The position numbers and the translations under genes were made by a program. A model generated the notes under the pieces. It saw only the letters and a list, made by a program, of their open reading frames with translations. It was not told where the DNA came from and did no database searches. From Octopus vulgaris (Eukaryota), in NCBI GenBank assembly GCA_951406725.2, contig OX597817.1, positions 134,416,001 through 134,480,000 on the forward strand: a stretch of 64,000 nucleotides of DNA. Direction: 5' to 3'. This document shows, piece after piece, positions 51,427 through 64,000 of the stretch. Numbering within the stretch: position 1 is the first letter of the stretch; each line of letters starts with the position of its first letter.

Positions 51427-51715
51427 ATGGCGTGTGGTCAGGGGTTAGGGTGTTGCATTCACAATCACTAGATAGCGAGTTCGGTTCCTGGACGGAGTAG
51501 CTCATTGTGTTCTTGAGCAAAGCAACTTATTTCACGTTGCCTCAGTCCACTCAGCTGTAAATGGATAATACCGCAAAGAACTCGTCTTCAAATCGAGGGT
51601 AATGTCCCCCTGCTCGCCCACTCAGTAGGGCAGCATAATTCAAGAGCTAAAATAATGCGAAGCGCGTTGTGATCAACGATGTATAAGAACATCTGATAGT
51701 CTGGTCGATCACGTG
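51427..51715 (+). mobile_element. tRNA/CORE-like SINE
   Basis: GAGTTCGGTTCC B box; TGTGTTCTTGAGCAAAGCAACTTATTTCAC...CAGTCCACTCAGCTGTAAATGG. Confidence 0.65.
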
Positions 51716-51739
51716 ATCACATGATAAGTACACAATACC

Positions 51740-52920
51740 TTTCCAAATAAGACGCAGCAATCAAAAAATCATTGACGCATGAAGACAACTTTAATTATTT
51801 ACCAGACAAATTTATAGTCGTAGACAGTTATCTCCAGCAGAATTCAGACATTCAAGTACGATTGCACTTCTTCAAATGCTGGGTTTGAACGAAAATATTA
51901 CTTTATATATGGCTTTCATTGTGTTTTCGGTAATACCTACATAACCTTTTCATCTTTATTATTAACCACTCAAACCTCGGGCTTTAAACTATGCTCTCTT
52001 GAAGATATTTGCTTGTTGGGGTAAAATATTGAAGCTGCAACGTTTTGGAAGTCAATGTTGTGCATTTGTTTGAGTATATTAACATTTCTCTTTTTTATTC
52101 GAGCTAAAGAAATGGGAAAATTGCTCTTCTTGAGTTCTCTCTCATATTAACGTTTCTTATATTGACGATTTTGTTGCGATTATTATTTATGAGGAAATGT
52201 TTTCACACTGGATTTAGGGGCGATCGCCCGATATTTGTGTTTAGATTAAAACTTAGCGGTGGGGTATACCATACATTATTCCTCCTTCAACTGCTTGTTA
52301 ATGTTAGTAGTGATAGTGCTTCAACTAGACGTGTAACGTATTTTCTCTATGAATACACTTTTTATTGGAGCCTCACTATGATATTCTGTGGCGTAGTTAA
52401 GTGTTTCTTCAACCTTAGATATATCTGAAATATTTTTTCTGTTGTTTCTAGATGAATTTTTAGAATAGCTACGAATGATAAATCATACGTTTTTGGCTGG
52501 CATTCTGTGAATCGTATTTTCCGGGAGGTTAAATGTTATGCTTAAGAAATTAATTATACTAGAATTTCTACGGCGTGTAGTGTATGTTATTAATATCTCC
52601 AGGCATGTCTGTTGGCGTTATTTCGAGTTTATCTTAGAAATGATCATATTTACAATAGGATGAAATTAATTTTACATTTGTTTAGAGATTCTAGTTGGTT
52701 ATTTATTTATTTCTTTTCTCCTGAATTGTACCTTTGATAAACAATATAACTGAATTGCATATCTCGGCACCATCAAAACAAGCCATGGTGATATCGACAA
52801 CCACTACGTTATTACGTTCGACCGGGAACGAGACATCTTGGTAAATCAAAAAGATTAATAGAGAAGAGTATTTACTCGAAAGAGATACACACCTGAACTC
52901 TGTAGTGATAATCGATACTG
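51740..52920 (-). mobile_element. Penelope-like element ORF remnant (RT plus GIY-YIG)
   Basis: DITMACFDGAEICNSV (RT), VWYTPPLSFNLNTNIGR (linker), GYVGITENTMK (YIG half of the endonuclease). Confidence 0.72.
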
Positions 52921-53321
52921 GTAACATATTTGTTTTCATTTATCAATTTTTACTGGCGTTCTGATTTGGTTTACTATTCCTTATTATCTATCTATTATTT
53001 ATTGTCTCACACCAAAAATCTTCTGACACACTTATTCCGAAATTACATTTAACCTTACATAAGGATCATCCATCCAATCACAACAGGAGCCACATTTACG
53101 AGGAGAAAATAAACCACTTTTTAACATTTTTTCTCAGTCTGTCAACCTAAGATTTGACTGAACGAAACCTGGCTTCCGGAAAAATATGTATCCATTAATA
53201 ATTTACAGATTAATAAGCGCATGTTTATAGGTACACATGCAAACACACAAGCGCACGCGTGGCCTTGTCTGTTTATATTTGCCAATGTATGTGCGTTTGT
53301 GTGTGTGAGAGAGAGAGAGAG

Positions 53322-53389
<68 letters not shown>

Positions 53390-53963
53390 CGTGTGCGTTA
53401 ATAGTAAGTATTAAATCTAAGAAAGTTCAGGTGCTGGGATGAACTGAATCTGTACAAATGAATAATTAAAGATGGCGGTGATAAAACAGCAGGGTTAAGA
53501 TAGAAAGAAACGACGAACTAACGAATACTTGTATGCTGTTTATGATGCTATAATTTAGTATCCCAGGTGACAAATATAATTATATATTATAGCCAGCAAG
53601 GTGAATGATACAAGCGTTAACTAAATTAATAATAAATGATAGACTTGTAAGATATTAGTGTTTACGCCGGGGAATATTCTTGATTCTAAGAGAAATATAA
53701 AGCCACAAATTTTCTGTGTAGTGAACAGTCGATCATATCAACACGAGTGCCTCTGTGTAATCATTCTAAATGTTAGACATACCAGTTAAAGCGCCTTTAA
53801 ATTGTACATATACATTGGTTCCCAACCACATGGCTCTGGGTTTCAGTCCAACTGCGTAGCAGCTTGGGTAAGAGTCTCGGGTCAATCAAAACCTTGTGAG
53901 TGGATTTGGTGAACAGAAGCTGAGAGACGTTCGTCCTATACATACTAATATATTTAGCATTAT

Positions 53964-55335
<1,372 letters not shown>

Positions 55336-55794
55336 TATATTTAGCATTATGACTGACTGAATAATATCTTGGAACGTTTTAAGCCAATTATAACACTCAT
55401 AATATAGTAAAACATTAAAATTAATCATAATTTTAATTCCAAAATTATCTGCTTTACCTCTCATGATCAGAGTTAATATGACTTTCTCAACCACTACTTA
55501 ATGCTCATCAAGTAGCTTACTATATTAGACAAGCTTTCATATATTGGACAGTCCTTGAAGTAAAATATTTTAAAAATGAGGAAATTGAAAATATAAAGGA
55601 AAACACCAAATGAAGGTAACGTGAAATATTTTAAAAGACGGGGTTTTTAAATCTCTTTTTGCGTTTATCAGCCAAGAAATTTACAATTATCACCATTGTT
55701 GTTGTCGTTTTCGTCGTCGTCGTCGTCGTCCCCCTCCTCCTCCTCCTCCTCCTCCCCCCTCTCATCATCATCATCATCATCATCATCACTATTC

Positions 55795-56690
55795 TTATTA
55801 CACTTTACTTCTCAGAGCTCTCGGTTTTTCTTGCTCTGGTTGATTCTGTGAGAACGGACAGCAACTTGTTGTCAGAGTCCCAGAAGATCTCTTTCCACAA
55901 ATTATAAGACTTGGATGTTAAATATCGTGGACAATAATCAAGACTCAAGTACCAATTTCAAAATGCTCGCTGTTCCCAATAAAGCAGTTTCTGGGCCCTA
56001 CTCTGCCCTACATATGTCTCGAACCTGGTTATTAGTGCACCGAATGCCTCTACAACTACTGGGATAACAGTTACTTTCTTCATTGCCCACATTCTTGCAA
56101 TTTCGTCTTTTAGGAATTTGTATTTTGCCACCTTTTCCAGCCCTTTGCCATCAACGCATTCATCCCCAGGTATGGCAATGTCTATGAATTGAGCTTCCTT
56201 TCCCCTTCTATCTACCACAACAATATCTGGTATCCGAGCACCAATCAAGGAGTCACGCTGGACGGTATAATTCCACAGGATCTCATATTCATTGTTTTCA
56301 GTGACGCCCTCTCGTTCATGCTTGTACCATTTCTGTGTTCTTCTCACACCATACTTTTCACAGTCTCGAATGAACAAATTTAGACCCGTTATCGTACCTC
56401 CTTTTCAGGTATTTTTGAGCAAGCTTGCTACACTCACTCACAACATGTGAGATTGCTTCGTTTTTGAAGTTACACATCCTATAAATGAGTGATTCACTGC
56501 TCTCATCTATTTGGAACTTGATTCAATTGGCTCTTGGAGTTTATTGCTGTTAATTGGATGCCTTCACTGTTGACTACATCTCCCCTTTTTATGACCAATA
56601 TTGTACACTTACCTATGCCAAATTCCATGCCTACATCTTTCCTCAAGAGTCTTACAAGTTGTATTAAGGATTATATCTCTTTTTTATTCT
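55795..56690 (-). mobile_element. R4/Dong-like non-LTR retrotransposon 3' fragment (restriction-like endonuclease)
   Basis: KDVGMEFGIGKC; RMCNFKNEAISHVVSEC; RIPDIVVVD...IDIAIPGD...EKVAKY...VIPVVVEAFGA. Confidence 0.85.
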
Positions 56691-56864
56691 TATTAAAATG
56701 CTTCAGATGATTCATGTAGCGCAAATGGTAGAAAAAAGTTAAATTTCAGGAACAACAGTAGTTTATTGGTATAAAAGTTTGTAAAGGATTCCCATATGGA
56801 AGCTGAAGAAAAATTATTGTATAGTTCACGGTTTCCAACTAGCGTTGCTATGTATGCGAACGAA

Positions 56865-57150
56865 AACTGAGGAAATGGAGCAGGTAAAATCCGGGCTACA
56901 TATGTTTCCAAACTAGCAGAACCTCTAAAAGGATAATTACTGAACGTGGAGCACACACATTTTCGATCAAATCTCCTGCGATTGAACTTGCGATCACTTA
57001 CGATCATGAATGTAACCTTCGTGTAACTAAGGTATCTTCGGCCAGATGAGCCGATAATGGAGCACCTCTCGTTCAGTAATTATGACATCCGCGGATCTAC
57101 TAACTAGGAAACATATGTAGCCAAGATTTTACCTACCTCATTCCTTCAAT
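56865..57150. repeat. imperfect inverted repeat, MITE-like
   Basis: AGGTAAAATCCGGGCTACATATGTTTCC / GGAAACATATGTAGCCAAGATTTTACCT, about 55-bp arms. Confidence 0.6.
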
Positions 57151-57152
57151 TT

Positions 57153-57196
<44 letters not shown>

Positions 57197-57198
<2 letters not shown>

Positions 57199-57905
57199 TA
57201 GCTGACGTACCCGGAAATTCCCGGGAAAGCGGGGCTTATCCCTTGGCTCCGTTCTCATAATTGTTTCGCTAATCCAATGACAATACAAATTACGTAGCCC
57301 TTAAAACGGTTTTTGTGCATTTACACAGAATATCAAAATGTAGCCCGGAAAAGGGATTTAATGTGTTCCCAGAGTATATAGGTCTTAGGAGCAAGTACTA
57401 ATAATGTATATATACTAAATCCGTGAAGCATCTTAAGTAATAACAGACTAGTCAGATATGAGATAATAACAATTGAAAGAAAATAACTCCCAAAAGGGCT
57501 TTTGTGCGTTCCGAGAGATAATTACCCTCAGCGGCGCTAGTGTTGGTATATTCGTGAATAAGTCACTCATCGAAATAAGTGGATCTATTGTTTAGAAAAA
57601 TACCCTCTACTTCTTTAAGGGTTGTACTGGATAAATTGCGAAAATAACTAACAGTTCAAATACTAAGAAATAAGCATACTCAATTTGAATTATACCAAAT
57701 AATTTAGGAAAATGAATGGGTTATTTCCTTTGACTATATATAAGGATCCCTTCCAGGGGCCCTATTATCAACGTTTTCAACAATCTGAGTATGTCATCAG
57801 GTTTCCAGATATGCGTTCTACTCACGTTACAAGTCTCATCAAAATCGATAAAACGATGTAGGAGTTAGTTAACAACTCCACAAATACATCCACAGACAAA
57901 ATTTC

Positions 57906-57906
<1 letters not shown>
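57197..57906 (+). mobile_element. non-autonomous Helitron/Helentron-type element (HINE/DINE-1-like)
   Basis: 5' CTAGCTGACGTACCCGG..CCCGGG hairpin; 3' TCATCAAAATCGAT...ACAAATACATCCACAGACAAAATTTC; sits in (TA)n. Confidence 0.62.
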
Positions 57907-57969
<63 letters not shown>

Positions 57970-58022
57970 GCATTGCATGTAAGAACTAAGTATGTATGTA
58001 TGTATTATGAATGTATATGTGT

Positions 58023-58061
<39 letters not shown>

Positions 58062-58142
58062 ACACACACACATATAAATGAATATTCATAAATATGTATG
58101 TGCATATATGCGTATGTCTATGTATATACATATACAAATAAG

Positions 58143-58209
<67 letters not shown>

Positions 58210-59227
58210 CACATACACACATTTTGTTATTTTCTTCATTAAAGCTTTTATGAGATCAATAAATATGTCGAAGACAATGGATTATCACATATAAGTTACC
58301 GGGAGAAATATATCCTGGAGAATTCTAATTTGGTGTCCATATTCAAGCAAAACATCCATATTAAAGGAAATATATCTTCTTTCTTACATTCACTTTTGTC
58401 CCGTAATAGTATTTACGTACTTCAACCTAGTCTATACATACAAAGTCCATGACCTGGGTATTAACACAGTTACATATTTAATTCTCGTCTCATATATTTT
58501 TATAGTTGCGTTGTTCTTCATTCTTAATTTTGAGGATGGATATTGTTGGAGACGAATAGGTTTGTTATTTGCGTAATGGTGTCTAAAACACCAAGTTTAT
58601 GGATGTTTTATATGATACTAAAATGACAGCTTATTTGTAGATAATAGCTAGATTAGCATATAATATTTAGACTGTAACTAAACTCAGCGAAAGCAGAATA
58701 TGAGATGATTATATGAAGAAGTAAAAGTAGAAGGAAATATCAATAAAATGAATATAACAAAGCGAAATTCATAGAAATCTGTAGAAATGGAAAGGAGAGA
58801 GAAGAAAAAGACTTATCAGATAAGAATATTTTAAAGACATCTTTTATGAAAGCGGAAACTCACCCATCTCACGTGACTTTATGTAGGAATGTTGTTGAAC
58901 ATTTGCTTGAGGAAAGCAAAACGTTGCTAGTTTTATTTCCGATTATGCCGATTTGAAGAAAATATAAATTGAGTTACGGTGTGGATATGGGAGGGTATGG
59001 CGATAGATTCGGCGGTTATGCGACTTATTTTTTAATTGTCTTGTAAATATGTTAATGTGTTGGAAATATTAAGAAATCCCAAACACGCCTGAGGATTCAT
59101 AGTTTTGTGGAAATGAATGAAAATAAAAGTTGAAATTGAGTAACGGAACAACACTCACACGCACACAAAGGCACATGCATATATACAAACGTACGTAATG
59201 TATGTGTAATATATCAATATATCAAAG

Positions 59228-59288
<61 letters not shown>

Positions 59289-59366
59289 ATATGTATACAC
59301 ACTCACTCACATACACGCACGCACATATATATGGTAAAATCATTTAGGTTGTAAAATTTCTACCTA

Positions 59367-59418
<52 letters not shown>

Positions 59419-59420
<2 letters not shown>

Positions 59421-60312
59421 CGCAGAAGTGGCTGTGTGGTAAGAATTAAAATAAAGTTGCCCTGAAAAGGGCTTTAATGTGTTCCCAGAGTATATAGGAC
59501 TGAGGAGAAAGTTGTACGCAGGAGTGGCTGTGTGGTAAGTAGCTTGTTTACCAACCACATGGTTCCGGGTTCATTCCCACTGCGTGGCACCTTGGGCAAG
59601 TGTCTTCTACTATAGCCTCGGGCCGACCAATGCCTTGTGAGTGGATTTGGTAGACGGAAACTGAAAGAAGCCCGTCGTATATATGTATATATATGCGTGT
59701 GTGTGTTTGTGTGTCTGTGTTTGTCCCCCTAGCATTGCTTGACAACCGATGCTTGTGTGTTTATGTCCCCGTTTCTTAGCGGTTCGGCAAAAGAGACCGA
59801 TAGAATAAGTACTGGGCTTACAAAAGAATAAGTCCCGGTGTCGAGTTGCTCGATTAAAGGTGGTGCTCCAGCATGGCCGCAGTCAAATGACTGAAACAAG
59901 TAAAAGAGAAAAGAGTAAAAGAGAGTATACTAAATTTGTGAAGCATGTTACTAACCACATGGTTCTGGGCTCAGTTCCACTGCGTGGCAACTTGCGCATG
60001 TGTCTTCTACTATAGACTCTGGCCAACCAAAACCTTGTGAGTGGATTTGGTATACGGAAACAGAAAGAATCCCATCGTGTATATGGGTGTATATGTGTTT
60101 GTGTGTTTGTGTCTGCGTGTTTGTTCCCCCAACATTGCTTGACAACCGATGATAGTGTCTTTACGTCCCCGTAACCTAGTGGTTCGACACAAGAGACCGA
60201 TAGAATACGTACTAGGCTTACAAAGAATAAGTGTTAGGGTATATTTTCTCGACTAAAGGCGGTGCTCCAGCATGGCCATACTCAGAAGGCTGAAACAAAT
60301 AAAAGAATAAGA
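59419..60312 (+). mobile_element. nested SINE A containing a HINE fragment containing a second SINE A
   Basis: Outer head 59419-59442 resumes at 59947; HINE pieces 59443-59516 and 59926-59946 match 57340-57432; inner SINE 59517-59925. Confidence 0.8.
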
Positions 60313-60314
60313 GA

Positions 60315-61135
<821 letters not shown>

Positions 61136-61175
61136 GGAGCGATAATTTTTGATTTATACACATTTCATCACATAT

Positions 61176-61540
61176 GCTAGAACTGGGCGCCACTGCATGG
61201 TGCCAAGGACTCCAAATTTTCCATCAAGATGTAGGACAAGATACTGTGATGGCCTGGGCTTCAGAGACCCACAGCTCTTCAATATCCTACCAAAGAACCT
61301 GAGAGACCTGCATGGGGTGGATGCAGATGTCTTTAAAATAAAACTGGATCTCTTTCTGACAGGTGTCCCAAATGAACCAACTTCACGGCAGGAGGTGCAG
61401 ATGAGGGCAGCTGCATCGAACTCTCTCATGCACCAAATGGCAGTTGCTAAAAAGCATTCGTGAAGTAAAATCATGTAGCAACACCAAATGGCGGTGCCCC
61501 AGCTCGTGAACTGAAACTAGATAAAATAAAAAATAAAAAA
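61176..61540 (+). mobile_element. CR1-group LINE 3' end
   Basis: RTGRHCMVP...FRDPQLFNILPKNLRDL...FKIKLDLFLTGVPNEP...RAAASNSL; 3' UTR GGCGGTGCCCCAGC...CTGAAACTAGATAAAA. Confidence 0.8.
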
Positions 61541-62114
61541 TATGTGACTTCAGTGAACGCATGGTGGGCCTATAAGTGAGGCCAGTTGAAAACTATGTCG
61601 TAGGCTGTCCATGGATATTCAATAAGGAGCAATCACAAAACCACTTACCCGCACACTCCAAATTAAATTTAGAATAACTACAGCTGGATAATATAAAATT
61701 CTTCACAAAAATACATTTATCAGTGAAGCCATACTCATATCCCAATACAATGTCAATATACAGAAGCAAACAAATCTACATGTCAAACAATCAACTCCTG
61801 GCTGCTCCATGAAAAACCTAATGGTCAAAAATGTTATCTCTACAAACAAATCAAAATGCGACAGTTATTGTATGAAGTTAACGGCCGCAAACGTTGGCGG
61901 AGAAACTCAATAGGAACGCAGTGTATATATATGAAACATTAGAAAGTTTAAGTATATTTAATTCTTGAAAGTAAGACTATGAAGAACTGGAAATGTCGCA
62001 TACGAATTTAGAAATATAGTTCCAACTAATGGTATAAAAGAAACTAAAAGAAACACGATAAATCTAAAATAATAAAACTTGAAAATGGTCGTATATTTTA
62101 TAAACTCCTTCATA

Positions 62115-62525
62115 GGCGCAGGAGTGGCTGTGTGGTAAGTAGCTTGTTTACCAACCACATGGTTCTGGGTTCAGTCCCACTGCGTGGCACCTTGGGCAAG
62201 TGTCTTCTACTATAGCCTCGGGCCGACCAAAGCCTTGTGAGTGGATTTGGTAGACGGAAACTGAAAGAAGTCCGTCGTATATATATATATATGCGTGTGT
62301 GTGTTTGTGTGCCTGTGTTTGTCCCCCTAGCATTGCTTGACAACCAATGCTGGTGTGTTTATGTCCTCGTTACTTAGCGGTTCGGCAAATGAGACCGATA
62401 GAATAAGTACTGGGCTTACAAAAGAATAAGTCCCGGGGTCGAGTTGCTCGATTAAAGGTGGTGCTCCAGCATGGCCGCAGTCAAATGACTGAAACAAGTA
62501 AAAGAGTAAAAGAGAGTAAAAGAGT
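62115..62525 (+). mobile_element. tRNA-SINE family A, full-length
   Basis: Nearly identical to 59517-59925. Confidence 0.92.
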
Positions 62526-64000
62526 ATACATACATACACAAACACACACATGCACACACTCACACACACATGTATATATCCTTTCTACTATAGGCACAAG
62601 GCCTGAAATTTGGGGGAGGGGACATATATAATAGATAAATAGGCAGACAGACAGACAGACAGACAGACATAAGGAAGTTACACATTTTCGTTGAAGGTAT
62701 TAGTGACACAATCTCTCTTAGAACGTATCTGAGAATTTCTCTAAAACATCTAAGGAAACAACTCAACTTGAAGGTAAATATATATAAAACAGACAACTTA
62801 TGAAATGTGGGAAGTTTATCAAATTAATCAGGAATTAAGTTAATTATCTATTTGTGGTACCAACGCGGTCGTGTAATTTTATTCAAGGTTTTATCTGGAA
62901 AGATCGCAGAAAAAGGACGTTAAAGTACATTTGGTAGCGAGAGTATTTCTTTTTCTTTTGTGCAACGTCAGAGAATAAATAATTTCGTTAAGTGTTCGGT
63001 AAACATGTTAACGACGTTTATTTTCAGTCGCAAAAATTTTGTTTGCCGTTTTATATAGTTCCAAGATATGCTCCCAGGTAATATTTAGTGCCTAATTATA
63101 AACAATCCATTTTGTTTTTAATGATATTTAACTTCTTTATTAAGTCAGTACTTAGTAGCATACCAAGTGATATAGTCGTTAGTCTGGCTCTTATTTTCTT
63201 TTACTCTGTTAATAAGTTCTTTCAACTTACCAGCTGTACATATCTTCCAATATTTCTTCCCGTCTCTCACCCAGAGTTCATTAGTTGACGTGATTCTAAG
63301 TAAATAGGTTTTCTTTTCATAAATCTATATATTTACGTATCCATCAGCAGCACACACAAACGCGGAGGTAAGTACATATATATAGACACATTCGCATACA
63401 CACACGCACACACACACATACACACAAACATACACACAAATAAAGAGAGACAGACAGACTTACAAACAGAAAGATACGTAGATTAGATAGACAGATAGAC
63501 AAATGCATATATAGAAAGATATAAGCATGTGTGTGCATATATATATATATATATATGTATACCAACAGGTATACACACAGATATACTCACACACATATCT
63601 TAATAATGCTAATACTCTAGAGATGTTTGTGTGTACCCAAAATACCTCAGAAATAGTATATTTTATCTTAATTTGATTTGCATAGTACAGTACAAATTTT
63701 TGTGATATTTCGACCTCTATTTATTAAGGAAAAAGATTATACACAATTTTGTTTGCTATTTCTTGACGAAAAAGAAAACATGGTTTCCGTGACGTCAACA
63801 CACATACACACATACAGAATACACACATATAATGAATGTCATGGCGTGTCAATCAACACAAGCACACGCCCGCTATCTGTGACATATACACACACATATA
63901 CTTCGCGATGAAAAAAACCTCTCGACATTTTTATGTACATAATATTTTATCATTTCGAAATATTTTTAACTGAATGTGATTTGAAAAATATAAGTTGTTT

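Overview
AT-rich eukaryotic DNA, intronic or intergenic and dense in microsatellites, with no intact protein-coding gene. The SINE complement and repeat texture resemble an Octopus (cephalopod) genome; this is inference, not a database match. The window is a stack of decayed mobile elements: three or more tRNA-headed SINE families, RTE, CR1-group, Tx1/L1-like, R4/Dong-like and Penelope retroelement remnants, a Gmr1-order Gypsy element, mariner and maT (DD37D) remnants, a Helentron-type HINE and several MITE-like inverted repeats. The most notable signal is more than a dozen type-I hammerhead ribozyme motifs from several repeat families. One family joins a tRNA-derived Pol III head, an (AAT)n tract and a minimal hammerhead, and inserts in Penelope-like inverted pairs; one composite has a perfect 15-bp TSD. 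Several SINE tails match LINE 3' ends in the same window. A few isolated candidate exons suggest a host transcript but do not assemble into a gene. All alignments, folds and coordinates were read by eye and ends are approximate.
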